Virus record (IMG/VR): IMGVR_UViG_3300045988_082442
Location: 1-64,000 of that record
From: a virus
Length of the DNA stretch: 64,000 nucleotides
Direction: 5' to 3' (one strand)
Shown: piece by piece, positions 41,606 through 49,976 of the stretch
Position numbering within the stretch: the first letter of the stretch is position 1
How the letters are laid out: each line of letters begins with the position of its first letter
Program-made: the position numbers and the translations under genes
The notes under the pieces: generated by a model
The model's database searches: none
Seen by the model: the letters and a program-made list of their open reading frames with translations, nothing else
Told to the model about the DNA's origin: nothing

Positions 41606-41621
41606 TAAAATATTAATGAGG
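41606..41621 (+). promoter_or_regulatory. class-3 element TAAAATATTAATGAGG
   Basis: Exact 16-mer, 28 nt upstream of ATG 41650. Confidence 0.6.
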
Positions 41622-41649
41622 AGAAATTGTATTTAAAGGAGGTATATAA

Positions 41650-44340
41650 ATGGCTGATGCTTATGGTGGATTTGTTTTTGGTCATACAATTATAAGTGAC
41701 TCGTGTGAGGTTTCACATGACTTTTGGGGGCAAGGTACTAAAACAGCTTTTGGTAACCTAAGTATTACAGTATTTGCATGGAGAGAAAATAAGTTTAATG
41801 ATAAAACACTACATTGGTGTATATATAGTTCAAGCAGGAGCCCCTTAAATACTGGTTATGGTAAATTATTAGTAGGTTCTAGAGATAGTATGCTATCTGA
41901 AAATTATTATTTAAGAGCAATGTCTATGCAACTTTCTATAAATGGAACATATATAGTTAATGGAAAACCTACTTGGTCTGATGGTTCATATAAAATGCCA
42001 TATTTTGCTGCCAAAACCCTTGTTACAGGTAATGCCTCTGGTAATGTAGCAACACCAGCTGGTGCATTAACAGAAGAAAATAAAGACAGATTACCAAATG
42101 GAGAGACATCATGGAGATTATTAGAAAAAGAATTTACAAGCAGGCTATATTTTGGTTTCCAGGTTTCTGACCATGGTATTAACTTTCAGGATGTACGAAA
42201 CTGGACAGCAAATAAAACAAGACAGAACATGACTTTCAAATACCCACCATATATGCCAGTTCCTAGTAAAAATACTGATAGTTTCCCATCTACACCTAGC
42301 AACGGAAGTATGGATATAAGTGATGGTTCGACTAAACTTACAAACTGGTGGGCATATAAAATTACTAAAGCTTCCAATAATAAGAATGTATTTAACTGGA
42401 ATCCTTCAACATCTACTGGGGAATATGGTCTTGGAATAACTACAGACGTCATAATAAATGGAAATACATATAATGGTACTGGTTCTAGTTCAAAAGATTA
42501 TACACATAGTACAATAGCAAGTTCATATTCTGGTTATGTAAAAAGATATTATACAGATATGACAGGTATTTATACTATAAGTTCGTCATCAACTGCATAC
42601 ACTTATTCAAAGCCATCTCTTTCTGGTATAGCTTTGAGTAAATCTACTTTAAGTCCTAGAAGTGGTAGTAGTTTAAGAGTTACACTTAATGGAATGAATA
42701 ATAGAACTTGGGGTGTTGAAAATCATTTCGACACAAAGATTTGGAGTAATTGTAATGGTAGTAGTGGAAGCCCATACACAAACGAAAGAACTACTTCAAA
42801 CTACAAAGATTATGGGCAAGGTGATATAAGGGCATTATTCCCAGATACATCAGCTTCAAATGGTGTTGTAAATGGTACTATTTATACATTAAGACGTAAT
42901 ATGGGTGTTAAAGGTGGAAACCCTGGAAATGGAACACAGATATATGTAACAGGTGTAAAGCAAGCAAATGTAAAGATACAATATACACCAAAAGAAAAAA
43001 TAAATGTAGATGATGAGCCAAATGGTAACGATAATCATAGTGGATTAGCATACTATAAATGTGAAAATGGAGTACAAGGAAATAAGATAGCTGCAGCAAC
43101 TACTTGGGAATTATTAAATAATTATGATATTTCTAATATGACTGGTATAAGGGTTAATGTGCAATACCCTAAAACTGATGGTTCTGGTGTTATTAGTGGG
43201 TATAGAGTTAGATTGTATTCTGCAGTAGATGGTTCACCTAAATCAGATACAATGTATTATGAGAATCATTTTAACACTTCTGATTATAACTTTACATTTA
43301 CAATATTTTATAGTGAGCTAAGAAGAGGTGTTAGTGGTAATATTATAAAGATAACACCATATTATACAGCTTCTAATGGTGCTAAATGGTACGGACCAGA
43401 AGTAAGTAAAAGATTTGTTGATATTGCTTGGAGATTAAATAAACCAGTTATAGACTGTCCATTAAATGATACTACTTGGCATAATCACAAATATAGAATA
43501 CTATTTAGATTACCAATAGATAAAGATACACAATATAATGGAAATACAAACGATATAGAGAATTATTACGGAAGTGGAAATTATAGATACCAAAATATAT
43601 GTATTAAAATAAATGGTATTGATACATATTTTGATGATAAAACATTCTATAATGCTCATAATGCTTGGAACAGTCCTATATCAATATCAAATGCAAATCT
43701 AACTTATAGAAGAACAATTATTGTAAACCCATCTTTATTACCAAATTATAAAGATGAGGCATCTTATTCAATTCAAATAAGAGTTAGAAAAGCATACGGA
43801 CAAAATTCAAACTGTGATGGATGGAGTGATTGGTCAGATACTATATTTGTTAGAAGAAAAACTGTATCTAATGATGTAGTAAAAAGACATGAATATATTA
43901 TGGCTTCCCATTATAAAACAGTTCAAGATGCTTTTAATAATAGTCTTGCTTGTTATTCTAAAACAGCTTCTGATAATAAGAACTTTGTAATAAAGGAAAG
44001 TTTTGATAGAGTAAGGGGAGATAACATAAATGGACCACATTTAAGTCCACCAACAAATACACCATTAAGAACAATAAGGGAATATGTAAGTGAATTTAAT
44101 GACTTACATCAACTAAAGAATAAAATCAATAGTTATGCATCATTTGACACTGACCAAGATAGAAGTTTAGTTAAACTAGATAGTAAAAATAATCTATTGG
44201 CTAATTTTACACCTAGCCAAGAGTTTATTACAGCTGCCAAAGACCAAAATGGTGCAACAGAATGTGATAACATAAATACAATACTAAAAGGTAGAAATTA
44301 TATGAAATATATGTGTGATGAGTTAAATCATCTTTATTAG
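41650..44340 (+). CDS. large Ser/Thr/Asn/Gly-rich structural protein (putative tail fibre or receptor-binding protein)
   Basis: 896 aa. Has a class-3 element upstream and a strong terminator downstream. Beta-rich composition. No family recognised. Confidence 0.4.
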   Translation: MADAYGGFVFGHTIISDSCEVSHDFWGQGTKTAFGNLSITVFAWRENKFNDKTLHWCIYSSSRSPLNTGYGKLLVGSRDSMLSENYYLRAMSMQLSINGTYIVNGKPTWSDGSYKMPYFAAKTLVTGNASGNVATPAGALTEENKDRLPNGETSWRLLEKEFTSRLYFGFQVSDHGINFQDVRNWTANKTRQNMTFKYPPYMPVPSKNTDSFPSTPSNGSMDISDGSTKLTNWWAYKITKASNNKNVFNWNPSTSTGEYGLGITTDVIINGNTYNGTGSSSKDYTHSTIASSYSGYVKRYYTDMTGIYTISSSSTAYTYSKPSLSGIALSKSTLSPRSGSSLRVTLNGMNNRTWGVENHFDTKIWSNCNGSSGSPYTNERTTSNYKDYGQGDIRALFPDTSASNGVVNGTIYTLRRNMGVKGGNPGNGTQIYVTGVKQANVKIQYTPKEKINVDDEPNGNDNHSGLAYYKCENGVQGNKIAAATTWELLNNYDISNMTGIRVNVQYPKTDGSGVISGYRVRLYSAVDGSPKSDTMYYENHFNTSDYNFTFTIFYSELRRGVSGNIIKITPYYTASNGAKWYGPEVSKRFVDIAWRLNKPVIDCPLNDTTWHNHKYRILFRLPIDKDTQYNGNTNDIENYYGSGNYRYQNICIKINGIDTYFDDKTFYNAHNAWNSPISISNANLTYRRTIIVNPSLLPNYKDEASYSIQIRVRKAYGQNSNCDGWSDWSDTIFVRRKTVSNDVVKRHEYIMASHYKTVQDAFNNSLACYSKTASDNKNFVIKESFDRVRGDNINGPHLSPPTNTPLRTIREYVSEFNDLHQLKNKINSYASFDTDQDRSLVKLDSKNNLLANFTPSQEFITAAKDQNGATECDNINTILKGRNYMKYMCDELNHLY

Positions 44341-44376
44341 AGGTAGAGGGAATATTTGTCCCCTACCTCTTTTCTT
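44339..44376 (+). terminator. rho-independent terminator
   Basis: AGAGGTAG.GGG (44339-44350) / CCC.CTACCTCT (44360-44370), then TTTCTTTT. Confidence 0.7.
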
Positions 44377-44394
44377 TTGGGGAGGTTGATTATT

Positions 44395-44574
44395 ATGTAC
44401 ACGAAACATAGTTGCTATAAATGTGAAAACAGAAAAGTGGGTTGTCATTCAAATTGTGAAATCTACAATAAATATAAAATGGAGTTAGATGTTATTAATA
44501 GTAGAAAAAAACAATTTAAAGAAAATGAATACAATCCAAGGAGGTGTAAAATATGGAAGATAACTCAAAAATGA
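44395..44574 (+). CDS. small Cys-rich protein
   Basis: ATG 44395 with GGGGAGG upstream. Motif CYKCENRKVGCHSNC. Confidence 0.55.
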   Translation: MYTKHSCYKCENRKVGCHSNCEIYNKYKMELDVINSRKKQFKENEYNPRRCKIWKITQK

Positions 44575-44831
44575 AAAAAGAAGAACTAAATAATCTGGAA
44601 AAGAACCTAGTTACGAAGCTAAATGAAATAAGAGATATAATGGATGCACAAAAGAATACTCTTGCTGTTAGTATCAGAAGAGATGTTGTTGCTGTTCAAT
44701 TAAAAGACATTTTAGATGAACATACATCTTTTCATTCTTTAAAGAATGCATTAGAAGAATATATAGAATACCTTTATTCAAATATTGAAATAAAGGAGGT
44801 TACAGAAGATGAAAACAACAACAAAGAATGA
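44553..44831 (+). CDS. hypothetical acidic helical protein
   Basis: AAGGAGG RBS. 92 aa. Confidence 0.6.
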   Translation: MEDNSKMKKEELNNLEKNLVTKLNEIRDIMDAQKNTLAVSIRRDVVAVQLKDILDEHTSFHSLKNALEEYIEYLYSNIEIKEVTEDENNNKE

Positions 44832-44975
44832 TTATATAGAAATAACTTGTAAAAGATATTGTGCTAATTATGATACATGTGATAAAAAGCATATACATAT
44901 CCACGAAATAAGTGATAAAACAACCAGTATTAGTTGTATTGCTTACAAAAAAAAGGAGGAAACTCGTGAAAGTTA
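44808..44975 (+). CDS. small Cys/His-rich protein (55 aa), candidate partner of the MazF-like toxin
   Basis: ATG 44808 with AGGAGG at 44793-44798. Overlaps the toxin start by 10 nt. Confidence 0.5.
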
Positions 44976-45289
44976 AAAGAGGTGAAATATGGTATTGTAA
45001 GAATTTTGGTAATGGGTTAAAAGGCATTATATCTGGTCCAAGACCAGTATTAGTAATTTCAAATGATACTTTTAATGCTTGTAGCCCAGTTGTAAATATT
45101 CTTGGAATATCTGGTCAAGATAAAGAAAGTCCTGTTCACTATAAGGTTGCATTAGAAGAAGATAGCTATGTAAATTGTGAACAAATATATACAGTGAATA
45201 AATCATATATGATGAGAAAGATGGGAGAATTGGACGACCATCAAATGTTAGAAATTGAAAACTTATTAATGTTTCAATTAAATATGTAA
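44966..45289 (+). CDS. mazF: MazF/PemK-family endoribonuclease toxin
   Basis: GTG 44966 after AAAGGAGG. VKRGEIWY..GPRPVLVISND..SPVVNILGIS aligns with B. subtilis EndoA (VKRGDVYF..GVRPVLVIQND..SPTAIVAAIT). Confidence 0.8.
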   Translation: MKVKRGEIWYCKNFGNGLKGIISGPRPVLVISNDTFNACSPVVNILGISGQDKESPVHYKVALEEDSYVNCEQIYTVNKSYMMRKMGELDDHQMLEIENLLMFQLNM

Positions 45290-45315
45290 AAGATGTTATT
45301 TAAAAGGAGGCATAT

Positions 45316-45567
45316 ATGGAAATAGATTTACAAACAATACTAAAAGGTATAAATATGTATAAAGTTGCTTCTAGTAATTTAGCTGCAGTAGGATATAATG
45401 CAACTTCAAAAGTATTAAGGGTTATATTTAATGGTGGCTCTTCTTACTTATACTTTGGTGTAGAGCCTATTGTATGGGATGCTTTATGTAAAAGTCAAAG
45501 CAAGGGAAGATTTCTAACAGAAAATGTAACTAAAAGAAAAGATAAGTATAAATATATAAAGATTTAA
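45316..45567 (+). CDS. KTSC-domain protein
   Basis: VASSNLAAVGYNATSKVLRVIFNGGSSYLYFGVEPIVWDALCKSQSKGRF. Confidence 0.6.
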   Translation: MEIDLQTILKGINMYKVASSNLAAVGYNATSKVLRVIFNGGSSYLYFGVEPIVWDALCKSQSKGRFLTENVTKRKDKYKYIKI

Positions 45568-45594
45568 TCTATTATGTCTCAGCACTATTCTTTT

Positions 45595-45618
45595 AAGGCA
45601 GAGTAAATCTGCCTTTTC
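45595..45618 (+). terminator. rho-independent terminator
   Basis: AAGGCAGA (45595-45602) / TCTGCCTT (45608-45615), then TTC. Confidence 0.6.
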
Positions 45619-45646
45619 TAAATATTATAATGAAGGAGATTTAAAA

Positions 45647-46720
45647 ATGGAAATTGTATTTAACAGAACATTACTTATAGATGGAAGTTATATGTTACAT
45701 CGTCAACTTTCTGTCATAAATCAATGGGATTTACAAACAACAACTGGTAAAAGAACTGGTGGTGTATTTGGAGTTATAAAGAGTGTATTCAAGGAAATGC
45801 AAAAATATAACTATTTTCCAATAATGGTGTTTGATGGTGGCTTAGCTCCAAGAAGATTAGCACTATATTCAAACTATAAGAGAAATGAAGAAAAACAGTT
45901 ATTATTAGAAAGTACTAGCTATACTGAAAAGACAGAACAACAACTAATGGATGAAGCATTTATGAGAGAATACAGAACACAAAGAAAAGACATAATAGAA
46001 TTTATGCATGGTATGGGTATTCCTTGTATTAGAATAAAAGACTGGGAGGGTGATGACTTATTATATATTCTATCTAAAATGTCAAAAGACAGTATAATAA
46101 TTTCTGATGATAAAGATTTAATTCAAGCTGCATTTGAAGATGAAAATAGAAGATGTAGAATTTGGAGAACTATGCATGAGGAAATGCTTGATACTCATAT
46201 ACTGGAAAAAGAAGGTCTAAATGCTTGGAGTTATATAAATAGAAAAGCTATTTGTGGTGACCCATCTGATAATATTCCTTCTGCTTGTTATGGTGTTGGA
46301 GAAAAGACAGCATTAGACTTAATAAAACTTTATGAAAGTTGTAAATTAAATAATGTTAGTTTTCCACATGATGAAAACAGTTTAGCTGATGCTTGTATTA
46401 AAGCTGGTATTTCAAAGAGAAAGGCATATACTAATTTTGATGAAGCACAATTCATTATCAATATGGAATTGATGAATTTAAAACTTGTAGATAATGACAT
46501 TACAGAACAATTTGTTAATAAATTATATGATGAAATAATGATGGAACTAGAGATGCCAGATGAAAATATAATAAGAGATAAAATAGAAGAACTAGAAATG
46601 TTCTCATTAGATACTAAATCAATGAGAAATAAGGTTATTAAATTAAAAGATTATTTAAAAATAGAGGATAGACAAAAAGTAGAAAATCACTCAGAAGAAA
46701 CAATCACTCATTTATTTTAG
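45647..46720 (+). CDS. 5'-3' exonuclease / flap endonuclease (T4 RNase H / Pol I 5' nuclease family)
   Basis: LLIDGSYMLHR; FDGG..RR..YKRN; EGDDLL; DKDLIQ; CGDPSDNIP..GVGEKTA. Confidence 0.85.
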   Translation: MEIVFNRTLLIDGSYMLHRQLSVINQWDLQTTTGKRTGGVFGVIKSVFKEMQKYNYFPIMVFDGGLAPRRLALYSNYKRNEEKQLLLESTSYTEKTEQQLMDEAFMREYRTQRKDIIEFMHGMGIPCIRIKDWEGDDLLYILSKMSKDSIIISDDKDLIQAAFEDENRRCRIWRTMHEEMLDTHILEKEGLNAWSYINRKAICGDPSDNIPSACYGVGEKTALDLIKLYESCKLNNVSFPHDENSLADACIKAGISKRKAYTNFDEAQFIINMELMNLKLVDNDITEQFVNKLYDEIMMELEMPDENIIRDKIEELEMFSLDTKSMRNKVIKLKDYLKIEDRQKVENHSEETITHLF

Positions 46721-46764
46721 AAAAAAGCTAAAAAAATTTAAAGAAGTATAGATTTTTAGGTTAT

Positions 46765-46779
46765 AAGATGTTATATTAT
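46765..46779 (+). promoter_or_regulatory. class-2 promoter AAGATGTTATATTAT
   Basis: Family member, 64 nt upstream of ATG 46843. Confidence 0.5.
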
Positions 46780-46842
46780 ATAGGAGGTATAGCTTTTTAT
46801 AACCTTTTAAATTTTATTATAGGAAATGGGGCATAAAACGTA

Positions 46843-49209
46843 ATGATTAAGTTAAAACCAAAAGACATAAATTATACAATGTCTACATATTTGAAAAAGA
46901 AATTAAAGAAAGAAACTATAAAAAATAGTGACGACTTAATGTATATATTGACTAATGATAATAAATCATATAGAGAGATTCTTAATGAAGTAGGTTCAGA
47001 TATTCCAGATGAAGAGTTTTATGAAACTGTTAATGAATTTATGGAAACAAACCCTTTTAAAAAAGAAAGAAAGGGTATTGCTGAGCTTGAAGGAGATAAT
47101 ATAAGAGTATCTTATACTGTTGATACAGATGGTATGGCTCACTGGTTAGAATTAGAAGATTTAAACACATACTTATTTAATGATGTCAATGAAGGGAAAT
47201 ACTCTGATTTAGAATTATCTAAATTAGTTATAAATGCCTTTTCAAAAGCATACCCAGTTATTCCAAATAAAGGGGTTGTTTGTTTTGACTTAAAACTTAT
47301 TGCTGATAAATCTGAGGGGAAATTGTCCTTATATGATGTAGCAAGATATTTTTATAGAGCAAGTAAATGTGGATTCTATAAAGTAGTTAAAACCAGATTA
47401 AATGTAGGTAATATACATACAATATTTATGTGCAAAATTGAACATTCTGATTATATGTATCTTGATGGAGAATCATTTGATACTTGTATTAAAGTTCCTA
47501 CCCATAAAGGAGTTGCAAGACTTCAAGATATGTTCAAAGAAGATACTGATTTATCAGAAGAAGATGTAGAATTATCAGAAATAAGATATAATGTTAGAAC
47601 ACCTCATGTTCTATATTCAAATCATTCATTACATTTAATGCCAGATGGTTCTATTGGTTATATCCTAAATAGTTTATTCATAGGAGCAAAAATCAAATAT
47701 ATAAGTAATAGAGGAGTATCATGTGATATTGTTGCTATACACTCAAACAAGAAATGGGATTGTTTCTCAAAAGTAACACATGGAAAAGAAGTTCTAAGAC
47801 AAGCCTATGATGATAAAATGTCAGAAAAGATATATAATAATCATATCATAGTATATGGATTTACATTTGGAGATGATACAACACTTTGTAGCAAGTTATT
47901 TAGTGAACAAAATGACAAGAAAAGCAGAAATATAATGAGCCTTGAAAGTGGATGGTTTATTACTCCTTCTGGAAGTAATATTAAAGGTATCTACATATAT
48001 GATAAAGATACTAAATGGCATACTATTAAGCAAGAGTGTATTGAATATACTGAAAGAAGAGGTGTCAGATTAGAAACTGAAAGAGAGAAAATAGTTAGAG
48101 AAAATAGCATAAGCAGTATTGAAAGTGTAATAGGTAAGAACACAAATATAGATGGTATGTGGTCTTCTTATGATAGCATAAAATACTCAAAAACAGTTTT
48201 AGATAGCATAGGGGGTAGTGTCCCTTTATTAACAAGTGAAGATATAGATGATATGTTAGTTACAGATGTAACTCAATTTGCTCTATATCTAACTATAATA
48301 AAACCTTATATGTCTTATATAAGTTGGAAGATAGACCTTGAAATGAAAGATTTTAAAGGTATGGTTGTTGATGAATTATGTGCTGGATATAATGGAATAT
48401 CTTATAACCCAATGATAATGGAAAATAAAGATAATTTCACAATGCACTATATAAATAGAAAAATAACAGAACTTATAGATTCTGGTATTTATTTCACAAA
48501 CCCAGAATTAGAAGATACTATTAAAAGTATCAGAAGAATAAGAAATAAAGAAGTAAAAGTTCAAGAAGTATCTTCTAAATTAGGTAAATATATAAATTTA
48601 GATGAAGTAGAAGATATATATAATACTATGAAATTGAGATATGATTATCTACTTGAACAAATATCTGAATTTAAACACATCAATGATTTAAACGGTAGAT
48701 ACAGAATGAAATTAGCTAGATTTTATCATAAATATAATAAAGCAACAGGTAAGAGATTACCAATACAAAATTTTAAAATAAATGTAATAGATTTAACAAG
48801 TGATATAATAAATGATAATAAAGAATATATTAAAAGAACAAATAATAAAGAAGCAAAAACAAAATTAAAAGAACTAAATAAATCATTAAGAAAACACTCA
48901 ATGACATTAAGAAAGAACATATTAAAAGAAACAATATTTGCAGATTATAAAACAAATAAAAAAGATATAAAATTAAATGAGATAAATAATGAAGTAAAAA
49001 CAAGATTACAAGATATAGTAACAGATGAATATTTAATAAATAATGGATACGATATGAGTAGAATAATTAAATTACAAGGGTATGTTGCTGATATTGAAAA
49101 CAGAATGTATGAGATAGAAGATGGGGATATATACTCTAATTCTCTTGGAAATCTAAATAATACTTTTGTTAGAGTAGATTGGCAACGAAGATTTGGGTTT
49201 ATTATGTAA
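46843..49209 (+). CDS. large hypothetical protein (788 aa)
   Basis: Long uninterrupted ORF between the FEN and helicase genes. No motif recognised. Confidence 0.6.
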   Translation: MIKLKPKDINYTMSTYLKKKLKKETIKNSDDLMYILTNDNKSYREILNEVGSDIPDEEFYETVNEFMETNPFKKERKGIAELEGDNIRVSYTVDTDGMAHWLELEDLNTYLFNDVNEGKYSDLELSKLVINAFSKAYPVIPNKGVVCFDLKLIADKSEGKLSLYDVARYFYRASKCGFYKVVKTRLNVGNIHTIFMCKIEHSDYMYLDGESFDTCIKVPTHKGVARLQDMFKEDTDLSEEDVELSEIRYNVRTPHVLYSNHSLHLMPDGSIGYILNSLFIGAKIKYISNRGVSCDIVAIHSNKKWDCFSKVTHGKEVLRQAYDDKMSEKIYNNHIIVYGFTFGDDTTLCSKLFSEQNDKKSRNIMSLESGWFITPSGSNIKGIYIYDKDTKWHTIKQECIEYTERRGVRLETEREKIVRENSISSIESVIGKNTNIDGMWSSYDSIKYSKTVLDSIGGSVPLLTSEDIDDMLVTDVTQFALYLTIIKPYMSYISWKIDLEMKDFKGMVVDELCAGYNGISYNPMIMENKDNFTMHYINRKITELIDSGIYFTNPELEDTIKSIRRIRNKEVKVQEVSSKLGKYINLDEVEDIYNTMKLRYDYLLEQISEFKHINDLNGRYRMKLARFYHKYNKATGKRLPIQNFKINVIDLTSDIINDNKEYIKRTNNKEAKTKLKELNKSLRKHSMTLRKNILKETIFADYKTNKKDIKLNEINNEVKTRLQDIVTDEYLINNGYDMSRIIKLQGYVADIENRMYEIEDGDIYSNSLGNLNNTFVRVDWQRRFGFIM

Positions 49210-49976
49210 CTAAATCTTGCTAACCATTGGTACCGTAAGTGTTCAAGACTTTTAAAAATAAGGGTTTAAAAGTCTATTTAGTGTTCCCAAAAATATTTAC
49301 AGTATCAGTAATTTTTTGAATTTTTTAAAAAAGTGTTATAAGTTTTAAAATATAACAAGCATTATTTTAGAAGTTTTCTAAAATCCTCAATTTTGCTAAC
49401 ACCCTCTCTAAAATTCTGGAAATTGTTATAAAAATTTCGGACATTCTCCCAGTTCCTATTAATAAGCTTCCTAGATTGGATTAGCTCTAAGCTTAAAAGA
49501 CCAATGATACAAATTTTAATATTTGTTATTCCAAAGGGTATTTAATTATTCTCCCCTCAAATGATTATATGTTTATATCTTATCCTCTTCAATATTCTGT
49601 CTAGTATCCTGTGTTTATTTCTATTTAGGTTCTAAATATTAGATAACCCATAGGAAAGTATTTGTCTAGTATAAAGGTCAAAAACAAATACTTTCAAAGA
49701 GCAGTTAGGAAGCAGAATATTCATTTTAAGTAAAGCACCCTCCTGAGTGCTTTGGAGTATTTGAACTTTTCCAGAAATTCTCCTTCTAACTAAAAATATT
49801 AAAGTATGCTAGTAATAAATTTAGAATAAAATATATCTCTTATAAGCTTTAAAATATATCAAGTATTTATTAGTTTTGTATAAGCTTTAAAATACTTCAA
49901 GCATTTAAGTAGTTTTAGAATATAACAATTTATTATCAAAAGATGTTATAATATATGAAAGGTAGGTACATAACAA
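49210..49976. other. 767-bp ORF-free region with degenerate class-1 promoter copies and hairpins
   Basis: No ORF of 60 aa or more in any frame. Element copies at about 49341-49368, 49849-49876, 49884-49912 and 49912-49935. Perfect 10-12-bp stems occur where GACTTTTAAA pairs with TTTAAAAGTC (about 49248-49276) and where GAAAGTATTTGT pairs with ACAAATACTTTC (about 49654-49696), plus a 6-bp stem AAGCAC/GTGCTT (about 49733-49754). Confidence 0.6.
49939..49952 (+). promoter_or_regulatory. class-2 promoter AAAGATGTTATAAT
   Basis: Lies 24 nt upstream of ATG 49977. Confidence 0.6.
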
